This document shows, in pieces, positions 29,472 through 40,731 of a stretch of 64,000 bases of DNA. The stretch comes from an uncultured Aliarcobacter sp. Lineage in GTDB: Bacteria > Campylobacterota > Campylobacteria > Campylobacterales > Arcobacteraceae. The notes beneath the pieces are model-generated. The model saw only the letters and a list, made by a program, of their open reading frames with translations. It was not told the DNA's origin and did not search any database. Position 1 is the stretch's first letter, and each line of letters begins with the position of its first letter. The stretch spans positions 1,952,001-2,016,000 of the forward strand of contig OY781945.1 of NCBI GenBank assembly GCA_963677435.1. Reading direction: 5' to 3'. The position numbers and the translations under genes are program-made.

Positions 29472-29605
29472 ATTTAATCCTTACACAACAACTATATTCA
29501 TTATATTTACTTTTTGTTAAATAATTGATAATTTGAAATAAAATATCTACCAAAGATATTCTAATTACGATAAAATAATTTAAGAATTTATGAAAAAGAG
29601 TTAAC

Positions 29606-31714
29606 ATGTTAAATAATATTTCAATAAAAACGAAATTAATTGGTTTATCAGTGATTGTGTCATTATCATTTTTATTGATATTATTAATTGAACTTATATC
29701 TATAAATAAAATAGATAATATTTCAATTATAAGTAGTAATATTAAAAATATGGAAATTCAATTATTAGAATTGAGGAAAAATGAAAAAGATTTTCTTGCA
29801 AGAAAAGATTTAAAATACTTAGATAATTTCAATAAAAATGTACAAAATATTGAAAGAATGAAAAATATCTTAGATAATGAGTTTATTAAATCAGACATTG
29901 ATCAAACAGAATTAAATAACTATAAAAAAGTTATTGATGAATATTCAGATATTTTTTCAAATATTGTAAAATTACAAGAAAAAATTGGTTTAAATCCAGA
30001 AGATGGTTTATATGGCGCATTAAGAGATAGTGTTCATTTAGTTCAAGAATTTGCAAAAAAATCAAATGACAACAATTTATTAGCAATAGTTTATGATTTA
30101 AGAAAACAAGAAAAAGATTTTATGCTTAGACTTGATTTACAGTATGTTGAGAAATTTAATAAAATCATTACAAAACTAGAAAATGATGAAAAATATAAAG
30201 ATTTAAATAAAATCATTGTTGATTATAGAACAAATTTTTTAAACCTTGTTCAATCTGAAAAAGAAAAAGGTTTAAATGAAGATTCTGGATTAATGAAAAG
30301 TATGAGAGATGTAGTTCATAAATCAAATAAATCTTTAGAAAATTTAACAACTGTGATAAATGATAAAACTGAAAAATTACATCAAAAAATTGAGATTTTT
30401 TCATATATTTTTATCACTTTTATTGCTATTTTTATAATTATTGCACTTTTATATATAAGTAGAATAGTAAATAAATCTTTATCTTCTTTCCAAAAAGAGT
30501 TGAGTCAATTTTTTGCTTTTTTAAATAATGAAACTACAAATATAAATCTTTTAGATGATAAAAACAATGATGAGTTTGGAAATATGTCTAAAATCATAAA
30601 TGCAAATATTATCAAAGTTCAAGGAAATATTAAAAAAGACAAAGCCCTAATTGATGATGCAACAAAAGTTGCAAACGATATAAAAGATGGTCATTTAAGT
30701 AGTAGAATACTCAAAGATTCCAACTCAAATGAACTAAATGAACTTAAAAATGTAATTAATCAAATGCTTGAAAACTTAAATGTTAATATAAATAATATTT
30801 TGAATGTTCTTAAAAATTTTGCATTACATGACTATACAAAAAGAGTTGATACAAAATTAGTGCAAGGAGATATTCTTTCACTTTGTGAAAATATAAATAT
30901 TGTTGGTAATACTATTACTAAAATGCTAGTTGATAGTAAAGGAATAGGTTTAAAATTACAAGATAATGCCCATATCTTAGTTGATAATGTAAAAGTTCTA
31001 ACACAAAATGCAAATACAACTGCTGCTTCACTTGAAGAGACAGCAGCAGCAGTTGAAGAGATAACAGCAACTATTGCAAAAAATAGTCAAAATATTAATG
31101 AAATGACTCAATATGCACAAAATGTAATTGTTGCTGCAAAAACTGGTGAAGATTTAGCAACTAAAACTACAATAGCAATGGATGAAATAAATGCTCAGGT
31201 TATCTCAATAAATGAATCAATTACATTAATTGATCAAATTGCCTTTCAAACAAATATTCTTTCTTTAAATGCAGCAGTAGAAGCGGCAACTGCTGGAGAA
31301 GCAGGCAAAGGATTTGCAGTAGTTGCAGCAGAAGTGCGAAATCTAGCTTCAAGAAGTGCTGAAGTTGCAAGGGAGATTAAAACTCTTGTGGGGAATGCTA
31401 CAAGTAAGGCAAATGATGGTAAAGGTATTGCTACAGATATGATAAATGGTTATACTTCACTAAATAAAAATATTCAAAGTACAGTGACTTTAATAAATAG
31501 TGTTTCAGGTGCTTCACAAGAACAACGAATTGGTATTGAACAAATAAATGATTCAATTACACAACTAGATCAACAAACTCAACAAATTGCTATGATTTCT
31601 GCTACTACGCAAGAAATTGCAGAACAAACAAATACTATTGCAATACAAATTGTAGAAAATAGTGATAAAAAAGAGTTTGAGGGCAAACATAGTATTAAGG
31701 CTAATCTTTCATAA
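29606..31714 (+). CDS. Methyl-accepting chemotaxis protein (HBM-like sensor)
   Basis: Duplicated LRK.EKDF sensor repeats; conserved MCP signalling hairpin. Confidence 0.95.
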   Translation: MLNNISIKTKLIGLSVIVSLSFLLILLIELISINKIDNISIISSNIKNMEIQLLELRKNEKDFLARKDLKYLDNFNKNVQNIERMKNILDNEFIKSDIDQTELNNYKKVIDEYSDIFSNIVKLQEKIGLNPEDGLYGALRDSVHLVQEFAKKSNDNNLLAIVYDLRKQEKDFMLRLDLQYVEKFNKIITKLENDEKYKDLNKIIVDYRTNFLNLVQSEKEKGLNEDSGLMKSMRDVVHKSNKSLENLTTVINDKTEKLHQKIEIFSYIFITFIAIFIIIALLYISRIVNKSLSSFQKELSQFFAFLNNETTNINLLDDKNNDEFGNMSKIINANIIKVQGNIKKDKALIDDATKVANDIKDGHLSSRILKDSNSNELNELKNVINQMLENLNVNINNILNVLKNFALHDYTKRVDTKLVQGDILSLCENINIVGNTITKMLVDSKGIGLKLQDNAHILVDNVKVLTQNANTTAASLEETAAAVEEITATIAKNSQNINEMTQYAQNVIVAAKTGEDLATKTTIAMDEINAQVISINESITLIDQIAFQTNILSLNAAVEAATAGEAGKGFAVVAAEVRNLASRSAEVAREIKTLVGNATSKANDGKGIATDMINGYTSLNKNIQSTVTLINSVSGASQEQRIGIEQINDSITQLDQQTQQIAMISATTQEIAEQTNTIAIQIVENSDKKEFEGKHSIKANLS

Positions 31715-31780
31715 AAAAGATTATAGATATTAATATTAATTTGCTACAATAAAATTATAAAATGATTTTTAGGATGTATT

Positions 31781-33532
31781 GTGGCAAAAAAAATAGTTCT
31801 ACCTATTGGCTTTCTTATTCTTGCATATATTGTAATTTCACAAGAGAACTTCACAGTAATTTTAAGTGGAATTGCAATTTTCTTAATTGGTATGTTTTTT
31901 ATGCAAGATGGTTTCAAACTACTATCTGGTGGGATTTTAGAAAAACTACTTCAAAAATTCACAAGTAATACTTTTTATGCAATCTTAACTGGATTTTTTT
32001 CAACTTCAATTGTTCAAAGTTCATCAATTATCTCGTTGGTTGTTATCTCTTTTTTATCTGTTGAATTATTAACTTTAGTTCAAGGAATTGGAATAATATT
32101 TGGTTCAAACCTTGGAAGTACAACAACAGCTTGGATTGTTTCAAGTTTGGGTGTGGATGTTAAAATCTCTATTTATGCGATGCCAATGATTCTTTTTGGT
32201 GTGATTTTTAGATTCTTAAAAAGTAATAGTTATAAAGGTGTAGGAAATGTACTTTTAGGATTAGGATTTATTTTCCTTGGTATTTCTTATATGAAAGATG
32301 GTTTTGATACTTTAAAAAATTCTATAGATTTAGCCTCATATTCTATGGAAGGTGTTTTAGGAATCATTATTTATATAATAATTGGAGCCGTTGCAACTGT
32401 TGTTATTCAATCAAGTGCAGCAACTTTAGCTATTATAATTACAGCTTTAAGTGCGGGAAGTATTATATATATAAATGCAATTGCCCTTGCAATTGGTGCA
32501 AATGTAGGAACAACATTTACAGCAATTTTAGCTTCATTAGCTTCAAATGAAAATGGAAAAAGAGTAGCTTTTGCACACTTTACTTTCAATATTATAACGG
32601 GAACTATAATAACTGTATTTATCTATTCATTTAAAGATTTAGTTGATTTTTTAGCTCCTTATTTAGGAATTAGTGAAGACAATTATGCAATGAAATTATC
32701 ATTATTTCACACTATATTTAGTTTAGTTGGAATTCTTTTACTTTCTCCATTTATAAATCAAATAGTAAAACTTTCAGAGAAGTTAATCAAGAAAAAAGTA
32801 TCAGCTTTTTCAAAACCAAAATATCTTTTGGATTCAAATTTAAGCCTTCCTGATACTGCTATTGTATCAATTAGAAAAGAGACTATTAATCTTTATGAAA
32901 GTTGTCAAAAGGCTATGCTTCACGCTTTAAATCTACATACAAGTAATCTAAAAACAAAAGATGATTTGAAAATTCAAATTTCTAAAGAAGCTACAAAAAT
33001 AGATACAAATATTGATGAGATATATAATTCAAATCTAAAAATCATATATAGTGAAATCATAAAATACTCTTCATTTGCCCAAGAAAATATGACAAGTTTT
33101 CAACAAAGAGAAGTTGCTGATATAAAAAGAAGTGCTAAACTTATAGTTGAAGTATTAAAAGATACAAGAGATATTCAAAAAAATGTAAATTTTTATCTAA
33201 AAAGTAAAAATGATTACATCAAACAAGAGTATAATTTATTAAGAGAAGAGTTAGCTACAATTTTAATTGATTTAAATCTGTTAAATGATAGTGAAAATGA
33301 GTTAGAAAAAATGACTCAATTAGAAGTTATCAAATCAACTCTTTTGGCAAATGATTTATCAAATTCTGAAAAAATAGATGCTTTAATTAGAGAAGATAAA
33401 ATCAAGGCTACCATGGCCACTTCGCTTATAAATGATAGTGCAACTGTTTATTCTATTCAGAAAAAGTTAGTTGAAATGGCAAGTATGTTATTTTTAAATA
33501 ATACTCTACTAAAAGAGATAGGAGACACTTAA
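31781..33532 (+). CDS. Na/Pi cotransporter family protein
   Basis: Two QSS repeats, GSNLGST and GANVGTT, PhoU-like tail. Confidence 0.92.
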   Translation: MAKKIVLPIGFLILAYIVISQENFTVILSGIAIFLIGMFFMQDGFKLLSGGILEKLLQKFTSNTFYAILTGFFSTSIVQSSSIISLVVISFLSVELLTLVQGIGIIFGSNLGSTTTAWIVSSLGVDVKISIYAMPMILFGVIFRFLKSNSYKGVGNVLLGLGFIFLGISYMKDGFDTLKNSIDLASYSMEGVLGIIIYIIIGAVATVVIQSSAATLAIIITALSAGSIIYINAIALAIGANVGTTFTAILASLASNENGKRVAFAHFTFNIITGTIITVFIYSFKDLVDFLAPYLGISEDNYAMKLSLFHTIFSLVGILLLSPFINQIVKLSEKLIKKKVSAFSKPKYLLDSNLSLPDTAIVSIRKETINLYESCQKAMLHALNLHTSNLKTKDDLKIQISKEATKIDTNIDEIYNSNLKIIYSEIIKYSSFAQENMTSFQQREVADIKRSAKLIVEVLKDTRDIQKNVNFYLKSKNDYIKQEYNLLREELATILIDLNLLNDSENELEKMTQLEVIKSTLLANDLSNSEKIDALIREDKIKATMATSLINDSATVYSIQKKLVEMASMLFLNNTLLKEIGDT

Positions 33533-33533
33533 G

Positions 33534-33761
33534 ATGGATCTAAATAAAATCGTTACTAAAATCAAAAAATATCTAAAAAAAGAGAGTTTAGATGAGTCTA
33601 AACAAGAAAAAGTAAAAGAGATAATTGAAAAATTATCTCTTAAAAAAGCAAAATTGAAAAAAGAGCTAAAAGAGGCTCAGAAAGATCACGAAAAAGAAAA
33701 ACTTCAAAAAGAACTTGAAGCTGTAATAAAACTTATTGAAAAAAGTAATACTCTTATTTAA
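33534..33761 (+). CDS. Small coiled-coil hypothetical protein
   Basis: ORF directly after the transporter, GGAG RBS. Confidence 0.65.
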   Translation: MDLNKIVTKIKKYLKKESLDESKQEKVKEIIEKLSLKKAKLKKELKEAQKDHEKEKLQKELEAVIKLIEKSNTLI

Positions 33762-34218
33762 AATCTTTAAAGTTTTGTCTTAAAGCTTCATAAGCTACTA
33801 TTGAAACTGAGTTTGCAATATTTAAACTTCTAGCTTCATTTGTCATAGGAATAGTGATACAAGTTTTTGGACTTTTATCTAAAATAACTTGAGGAAGTCC
33901 GGCATCTTCTCTTCCAAAATAGAAATAATCCCCTACTTCATAACTTGCTTCAAAATAGACTTGTTTTGTTTTTGTTGTTGCTAAAAAGTGTCTATCGTTA
34001 AATGGATTTTTTGCCCAAAAATCTTCAATATTTTCATACTCACGAACATCTAATTCAAACCAATAATCAAGCCCCGCTCTTCGCACTTCTTTTTCTGTAA
34101 TTTCACCAAAACCATAAGGTTTGATTAAATGTAAAGTACAATTTAAAGCAAAGGCAAGTCTACCAATAGTTCCCACATTTCCAGGGATTCGTGGTTCTAA
34201 TAAAACTATATTAAACAT
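33754..34218 (-). CDS. trmL: tRNA (cytidine/uridine-34 2'-O)-methyltransferase
   Basis: PRIPGNVG, RRAGLDYW, FGRED.GLP, RSLNIANS. Confidence 0.93.
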   Translation of the reverse strand: MFNIVLLEPRIPGNVGTIGRLAFALNCTLHLIKPYGFGEITEKEVRRAGLDYWFELDVREYENIEDFWAKNPFNDRHFLATTKTKQVYFEASYEVGDYFYFGREDAGLPQVILDKSPKTCITIPMTNEARSLNIANSVSIVAYEALRQNFKDFK

Positions 34219-35051
34219 TATAAAATTACCGTTTTATTTCCATGAACAAAAACTCTATCATGTAATAACATTTCAAAAGCATTTGAAAGTACAATTTTTT
34301 CTACATTTCTTCCTGCATTTCTCATATCTTCCCAAGAATAACTGTGATCAACTCTTACCACATCTTGGAATATGATTGGACCTTCATCCAAATCACTTGT
34401 AACATAATGTGCAGTTGCTCCAATAATCTTAACACCTCTTTCGTGTGCTTGTTTATATGGATTTGCACCAATAAATGCTGGTAAAAATGAGTGGTGAATA
34501 TTTAAAACTTTTTTAGGGAAAGCATCTACAAATTTTGGAGTTAAGATTCTCATGTATTTTGCAAGAACGATTAATTCAGGTTCATATTCATTAATTTTTG
34601 CAATCATTTTATCTTCATGTTCTTCTCTACTAATTCCCTCAGCACTAATGCAAGTAAAAGGAATATTAAACTTTTCAACCAACTCTTTTAAGTGGTCATG
34701 ATTTGCAATAACTGCTTTAATATTTGCATTTAATTCACCTGCTATATATCTAATCAATAAATCACCTAAAACATGAAACTCTTTTGTTGCTAAAATAACA
34801 ACATCCTTTTTCTCTTTTTTATTTAGTTTGATTGAAGCCCCATCAGGTAAAACTTCTTTTAACTCTTTTAGTAAGATATTTTTAGAAACTTTTCCAGAAA
34901 TAATACTTCTCATAAAAAACTTTTTAGTATCTGGGTCAACATACTCAGCATTTTGCTCGATGTTTAAGTTGTTTGCAAAAAGAACTTTTGAAATATTATA
35001 AACAAGCCCTTTAGCATCTTCCGTGTCAATTAAAAGTATATACTCTTCCAT
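34218..35051 (-). CDS. purU: Formyltetrahydrofolate deformylase
   Basis: ACT domain, LAKYMRIL, NIHHSFLPAF.GA.PY, LDEGPII. Confidence 0.96.
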   Translation of the reverse strand: MEEYILLIDTEDAKGLVYNISKVLFANNLNIEQNAEYVDPDTKKFFMRSIISGKVSKNILLKELKEVLPDGASIKLNKKEKKDVVILATKEFHVLGDLLIRYIAGELNANIKAVIANHDHLKELVEKFNIPFTCISAEGISREEHEDKMIAKINEYEPELIVLAKYMRILTPKFVDAFPKKVLNIHHSFLPAFIGANPYKQAHERGVKIIGATAHYVTSDLDEGPIIFQDVVRVDHSYSWEDMRNAGRNVEKIVLSNAFEMLLHDRVFVHGNKTVIL

Positions 35052-35131
35052 TTTTATCCTATTTATTATTCAAGCTTAAATTTTTTAAAGCCCGAATAAT
35101 ATCATTTTATTGATTAATAGATAATTTTAGC

Positions 35132-36388
35132 TTATAACATAGAAGCTAATTTTTCTCTATATTTTTCTAAGTCAAACTCTTTAACTCTTGCAACTCCTGA
35201 TTCAACAGCACCATTTGCAACAGCTGCTGATACTTCAACCATCAATCTTTTATCAAATGGAATTGGAATAATGTACTCTCTTCCATAAGTTAACTCTCCA
35301 AAAGAAGCTCTTAATTCATCACTTATTGGCAATTTTGCTAAGTTTGCAATAGCTTGAGCTGCTGCTTTTTTCATATGCATATTTATTGTTCTAGCTTGAA
35401 CATCAAGAGCACCTCTGAAGATGTAAGGGAAACCTAATACATTATTTACTTGATTAGCATAATCTGATCGTCCAGTTCCAACTATAGCCTTTGGTCGCAC
35501 TGCTTTTACTTCTTCTGGGAAAAGTTCTGGTGTTGGATTTGCTAAAGCAAATACAATTGGCTCTTCACTCATAAGTTTTATATGTTCAACTGTAAAAGTT
35601 CCTGGTTTTGATAAACCTAAAACCATATCTGCATCTGTAAATGCCTCTTCCATAGTTGTACAAGAACCTGTAACAAAATTTAATTTATATTTATTTAAAT
35701 CAGTTCTTCCACTATGAACTACACCTTTAGAATCGCACATAATTAGATTTTTAACACCTAATTCTTTGTACATAATAGAACAAGCAATTGCAGCAGCACC
35801 AGCACCTACAACTACTACTTTTAAATCTTCTATTTTTTTATCCATCATTTCAAGTGCATTTAATAAAGCTGCACTTGTAATAATTGCAGTTCCATGTTGG
35901 TCATCATGCATAACTGGGATTTCAAGCTCTTCTACTAATCTTCTTTCAATTTCAAAACATTCAGGTGCTTTTATATCTTCAAGATTTATTCCACCAAATG
36001 TTGGAGAAATAGCTTTTACAATGTCACAAAATTTATTAATATCTGTTTCATCTACTTCAATATCAAATGAATCAACAGCAGCAAATTTCTTGAATAATAC
36101 AGCTTTACCTTCCATTACAGGTTTTGAAGCAAGTGCTCCAATATTTCCAAGTCCTAAAACTGCTGTTCCATTTGAAATAACAGCTACTAAGTTTCTTTTT
36201 GATGTATATTCAAAGGCAAGTGCAGGATCTTTTGCTATCTCTTCACAAGGAAAGGCAACACCTGGAGAATATGCTAAAGATAAATCTTTTTGAGTTTCCA
36301 ATCTTGTTGTAGTTGCAATTGCAACTTTTCCAGGATTTGGAACTCTGTGATAGTTTAATGCTTCTTCTTTAGTAACTTTTGTACTCAT
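35132..36388 (-). CDS. NAD(P)-dependent malic enzyme (short form)
   Basis: AYSPGV, KPVMEGK, NLEDI, HDDQHGTA, ANPTPE. Confidence 0.93.
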   Translation of the reverse strand: MSTKVTKEEALNYHRVPNPGKVAIATTTRLETQKDLSLAYSPGVAFPCEEIAKDPALAFEYTSKRNLVAVISNGTAVLGLGNIGALASKPVMEGKAVLFKKFAAVDSFDIEVDETDINKFCDIVKAISPTFGGINLEDIKAPECFEIERRLVEELEIPVMHDDQHGTAIITSAALLNALEMMDKKIEDLKVVVVGAGAAAIACSIMYKELGVKNLIMCDSKGVVHSGRTDLNKYKLNFVTGSCTTMEEAFTDADMVLGLSKPGTFTVEHIKLMSEEPIVFALANPTPELFPEEVKAVRPKAIVGTGRSDYANQVNNVLGFPYIFRGALDVQARTINMHMKKAAAQAIANLAKLPISDELRASFGELTYGREYIIPIPFDKRLMVEVSAAVANGAVESGVARVKEFDLEKYREKLASML

Positions 36389-36661
36389 CGTAATCCTTTT
36401 AAATTATTGTTTTGAAATGAATTTGGGAAATAGTAACAAAAAGAAACTTAAATAAAATAAATTTATAATATTTTTTATTTCCAAGATTATTTTAAGTATA
36501 TTATGTAAAAATTATGTAAGTCTTAAAATTTTATAAATATTTTATATTAATTTTATATTTTTATATTAGAAAAATTTATACTTAATTCAACTCTTAAAAT
36601 TATCATTTCTTATCATCATCTTTTAACTTATTTAATTATTTAATAAAAAAATAAAAAAAAC

Positions 36662-36678
36662 CACTTTTAGGACATTTT
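36662..36678 (+). promoter_or_regulatory. Candidate regulator box CACTTTTAGGACATTTT upstream of aspA
   Basis: 16/17 identical to 40675-40691. Confidence 0.55.
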
Positions 36679-36725
36679 TATATATTAGTATTTCGCGAAA
36701 AAATGTAAAATACAAGGAATAAAAA

Positions 36726-38123
36726 ATGCTAACAAGAATAGAACATGATTTAATTGGTGATAAAGAGATTCCAATAGATGCATATTATGGAATTCAAACA
36801 GCAAGAGCAAAAGAAAACTTTGATGCTACAGGAGTAACATTATCAAGTTTTACTACATTTATTACTTCACTTGCTAAAGTAAAAAAAGCTACTGCTTTAG
36901 CAAATTTTGAATTAAATCAATTGGATGAAAAGAAAAAAAATGCAATATGTCAAGCTTGCGATGAGATTGTTGATGGTAAATTCCATGAAGAATTTATAGT
37001 TGATATGATTCAAGGTGGAGCTGGAACTTCTACGAATATGAATACAAATGAAGTTATTGCAAATAGAGCCTTAGAAATTTTAGGACATAAAAAAGGTGAA
37101 TATAAACATCTTCATCCAAATAATGATGTAAATTTATCTCAATCTACAAATGATGTTTATCCAACTGCAATTAAAATCACACTATATGAAAAAATATTTG
37201 AGCTTGTAGATTCTATGAAAATATTAGAAAACTCAATGGCTAAAAAAGCAATTGAATTCCAAAATGTAATAAAAATGGGAAGAACACAACTTCAAGATGC
37301 TGTTCCTATGACTTTAGGACAAGAGTTTAATACTTATGCAATCACAATTGATGATGACATTCAAAGATTAATAGAATGCCAACAATTAATAAGACAGATG
37401 AATCTTGGAGCAACTGCTATTGGAACGGGAATTAATTCTCATCCCCAATATGTAAAAATTGTAGAGCGAAAACTACAAGAAGTTACAAATAGACCTTTTA
37501 TTACTGCAAAAGATTTAGTTGAATCAACACAAGATACAGGAGCATTTGTTCAAATTTCAGGTGTTTTAAAAAGAGTATCAGCAAAATTATCAAAAATATG
37601 TAATGACTTAAGACTTTTAAGTTCAGGTCCTAGAACGGGATTTAATGAGATAAACCTTCCAGCAATGCAACCAGGAAGTTCAATAATGCCTGGAAAAGTA
37701 AACCCAGTAATTCCTGAAATGGTAAATCAAATAGCTTATCAAGTTATTGGAACAGATGTTACTATTACAATGGCTAGTGAAGGTGGACAATTACAATTAA
37801 ATGTTTTTGAACCAATTATTGCATATAACTTATTTAATTCAATAAATATGCTGAAAAAAGGTTTTGAGAGTCTAGCTTATAAATGTATAGATGGAATTAC
37901 TGCAAATGAGTTAAGATGTGAAGAGTTAGTATTAAATAGTATTGGACTTGTTACTGCACTTAATCCATATATTGGATATGAAAATTCAACAATGGTTGCA
38001 AAAATAGCTTTAAATAGTAATAAATCTGTTTATGATGTTGTTTTAGAAAAAAACTTATTATCAAAAGAAGAATTAGATAGAATTATACAACCACAAAATA
38101 TGATAAGACCAATCGCATATTAA
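36726..38123 (+). CDS. aspA: Aspartate ammonia-lyase
   Basis: QGGAGTSTNMN, GRTQLQDA, GSSIMPGKVNP. Confidence 0.95.
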   Translation: MLTRIEHDLIGDKEIPIDAYYGIQTARAKENFDATGVTLSSFTTFITSLAKVKKATALANFELNQLDEKKKNAICQACDEIVDGKFHEEFIVDMIQGGAGTSTNMNTNEVIANRALEILGHKKGEYKHLHPNNDVNLSQSTNDVYPTAIKITLYEKIFELVDSMKILENSMAKKAIEFQNVIKMGRTQLQDAVPMTLGQEFNTYAITIDDDIQRLIECQQLIRQMNLGATAIGTGINSHPQYVKIVERKLQEVTNRPFITAKDLVESTQDTGAFVQISGVLKRVSAKLSKICNDLRLLSSGPRTGFNEINLPAMQPGSSIMPGKVNPVIPEMVNQIAYQVIGTDVTITMASEGGQLQLNVFEPIIAYNLFNSINMLKKGFESLAYKCIDGITANELRCEELVLNSIGLVTALNPYIGYENSTMVAKIALNSNKSVYDVVLEKNLLSKEELDRIIQPQNMIRPIAY

Positions 38124-38182
38124 ATCAAGTTAAACAAGAAGTTAATCTTCTTGTTTTATTTTTTTAAACTTAGGACAATTTA

Positions 38183-40018
38183 ATGCCAATAAAAGCTTTT
38201 TTATTAATAGTATTGTTCTTTTTTAACTATTCATTTGCAAATAATTCAGATAATAAATCTCATATATTAATTATTAATTCCTATCACAAAGGTTTTCAAT
38301 GGAGTGATGAACTTATTTCTGGCCTTGAGAAAGTAATCAATAATGATAAAAATGTTGAAACAACTATTCTTTATATGGATTCAAAAAGAATATCTTCAAG
38401 TGAGTACTATGAGGAATTAAAAAACCTTTATAAACTTCAATTAAACAATAGAAAATATGATTTAGTCTTGCTTGTAGATAAATTTGCTTATGAATTTGCA
38501 CTTAAAAATTATAGTGAACTTTTTAAAAACAATGAAAAATTAATATTTACAGGTATTGAACAATATGACCCTTTATTAGTTGAAAAGTCTGGTTTAACTG
38601 GTAAAATCTCTGGAATAATAGAAAAAAGAGCTATTTCTGATATTGTAAATATTATAAATAAAATGATGCCAAAATTAAAAAAACTATATATTATAAATGA
38701 TTTTAGTAAAAATGGTGATGATTCAGATATTGCTATACGAAATGCTATTAATCTAAATAATAACTTAGAAGTTGAATATATTAGATATTCAACAATAGAT
38801 GAACTTAAAAAGAAATTCTCAACATACAAAAAAGATGAAGCAATATTTTTTGTGCGTTTTTATAATAACAAAAATCAAGAATTACATACAAATCAAGAGA
38901 TTGCATCAATGATTAACTCTTTTGAATTACCTACATTTTCTACAGATTCATTATTTATTGCAAAAGGCTCAGTTGGAGGGAAACTTGTATTAGTTGAGAA
39001 CTTAGGAAAAAGTACTGGAAATTTACTCTTAGAACTTTTAAATGATAAAGATGCAAAACCTATTATAAAAACATACAATAATTATTCATATATTTTTGAT
39101 TATGAAAAATTAAAGAAATTTGATTTAAATACAGATTTTCTAAAGAAAAAAGTTACCTTTGTAAATGTGCCTTTATCTTTTTTGGATAAAAATAGAAGTT
39201 TAGTAAATGCTGTATTTATTATCTCCCCTATTCTACTTTTTTTTATTATTCTTTTATTTTATAATCTACAACTACAAATAAAAAATACAAAACATCAAGA
39301 ATTTATAATCCAACAATCAAAACTTGCAGAAATTGGAGAAATAATCTCATCAATTGCCCACCAATGGAAAGAACCATTAATTGAAATATCTACTTTAGTT
39401 CAAGAACATGTAGCTTCAAGTAAAAAAACAGAAGAAGAAGAGGAGAAATATCTAAAAGATATTATGTTTCAGATTTATTATATGACAGATACGATAAATG
39501 ATTTTCAAGATTTTATAAAACCCTCAACTAAAAAAACTCACTTTGATATAAAAGATGCCATTATAAAAATGATGCATATTGTTGAACATAATATAAAATA
39601 TAGTTATATTGATATAAATATCAATTTTCAAGAAGAGACACAACTTATTGTTTTGGGTTATAACAATGAATTAATGCAAAGTCTTTTAAATATTGTAAAT
39701 AATGCTAAAGATTCAATAATCAAACAAAGAGTATCAAACAAAAAATTTAAAGGTCTAATAAATATAGATATTTTCAAAAAAACACAATATGTTCAAATAG
39801 AAATAAGTGATAATGGTGGAGGAATAGATAAAAAAGATATGAAAAAGATTTTTGATCCATACTACTCAACAAAGGAAAAAGGACATGGAATTGGACTTTA
39901 TATGACCAAGGTAATTATTGAGGATAAAATGGAAGGTTCGATTTATGCTGTAAATAAAAATGATGGTGCAACTTTTATAATAAAACTGAGGTTAGAAAAT
40001 GAAAATTTTAGTTCTTGA
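38183..40018 (+). CDS. Sensor histidine kinase with ABC substrate-binding-like periplasmic domain
   Basis: IINSYH..WS, IAHQWKEPL, DNGGG, GHGIGLY. Confidence 0.9.
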   Translation: MPIKAFLLIVLFFFNYSFANNSDNKSHILIINSYHKGFQWSDELISGLEKVINNDKNVETTILYMDSKRISSSEYYEELKNLYKLQLNNRKYDLVLLVDKFAYEFALKNYSELFKNNEKLIFTGIEQYDPLLVEKSGLTGKISGIIEKRAISDIVNIINKMMPKLKKLYIINDFSKNGDDSDIAIRNAINLNNNLEVEYIRYSTIDELKKKFSTYKKDEAIFFVRFYNNKNQELHTNQEIASMINSFELPTFSTDSLFIAKGSVGGKLVLVENLGKSTGNLLLELLNDKDAKPIIKTYNNYSYIFDYEKLKKFDLNTDFLKKKVTFVNVPLSFLDKNRSLVNAVFIISPILLFFIILLFYNLQLQIKNTKHQEFIIQQSKLAEIGEIISSIAHQWKEPLIEISTLVQEHVASSKKTEEEEEKYLKDIMFQIYYMTDTINDFQDFIKPSTKKTHFDIKDAIIKMMHIVEHNIKYSYIDININFQEETQLIVLGYNNELMQSLLNIVNNAKDSIIKQRVSNKKFKGLINIDIFKKTQYVQIEISDNGGGIDKKDMKKIFDPYYSTKEKGHGIGLYMTKVIIEDKMEGSIYAVNKNDGATFIIKLRLENENFSS

Positions 40019-40640
40019 AGATAATGAAAATTTATGTAATTTTATAAAAACATCTTTAGAAAAAGAGGGTTATGGAATTGATACATTTTATGATGGTGAA
40101 GATGCTTTAGAAGTTTTGAACAACGGTTATAGTTGTTTTATATTGGATATAAATGTGGCTTCTATTGATGGCATATCTATATTAAAAACTATTCGTATGT
40201 ATAGTAAAGATATTCCAGTAATCATTATAAGTTCAAATCATGAACTAGAAAAGATACAAGCTTCTTATGAATTAGGCTGTGATGATTATTTAAAAAAACC
40301 ATTTTTGATGTATGAATTAATCCAAAAAGTAAAAAAACTTTGTCAAATAAAACAACAACTATTTGATTTTACAAATGATTTTATATATGACTATGATAAT
40401 AGAAATCTAAAAGGTCCAAATGGTGAAATAAAACTTGCAAAAAAAGAGATACTTTTTCTAGAGCTACTTTGTAAAAACCCAACAAGAATATTCTCTTTTG
40501 AAGAGATTGAAAACTATGTATGGGAAGGAGAAGAAACAACTTTAATTAATATAAGAGGTTTAGTAAAGCGTCTTCGAAAAAAAATTCCTGAAAATGCAAT
40601 AAGTATTGTTAAAGGCATAGGATATAAATTAAATCTTTAA
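39999..40640 (+). CDS. OmpR-family response regulator
   Basis: LEDN, ILDINV, DDYLKKPF, RLRKK..GIGY. Confidence 0.93.
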   Translation: MKILVLEDNENLCNFIKTSLEKEGYGIDTFYDGEDALEVLNNGYSCFILDINVASIDGISILKTIRMYSKDIPVIIISSNHELEKIQASYELGCDDYLKKPFLMYELIQKVKKLCQIKQQLFDFTNDFIYDYDNRNLKGPNGEIKLAKKEILFLELLCKNPTRIFSFEEIENYVWEGEETTLINIRGLVKRLRKKIPENAISIVKGIGYKLNL

Positions 40641-40674
40641 AATAGTAAATCTTCTTTAAAAAAGCTCTAAACAT

Positions 40675-40691
40675 CACTTTTAGGTCATTTT
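40675..40691 (+). promoter_or_regulatory. Candidate regulator box CACTTTTAGGTCATTTT upstream of the symporter
   Basis: 16/17 identical to 36662-36678. Confidence 0.55.
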
Positions 40692-40731
40692 AACTTCTTA
40701 AAATATTTTTAATATAAATTAAGGAGAGAAA

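Noticed and set aside
11280..31380. Nucleotide similarity between about 11.3-11.7 kb and about 31.0-31.4 kb
   Set aside because: Explained by the conserved signalling domain of two paralogous MCP genes
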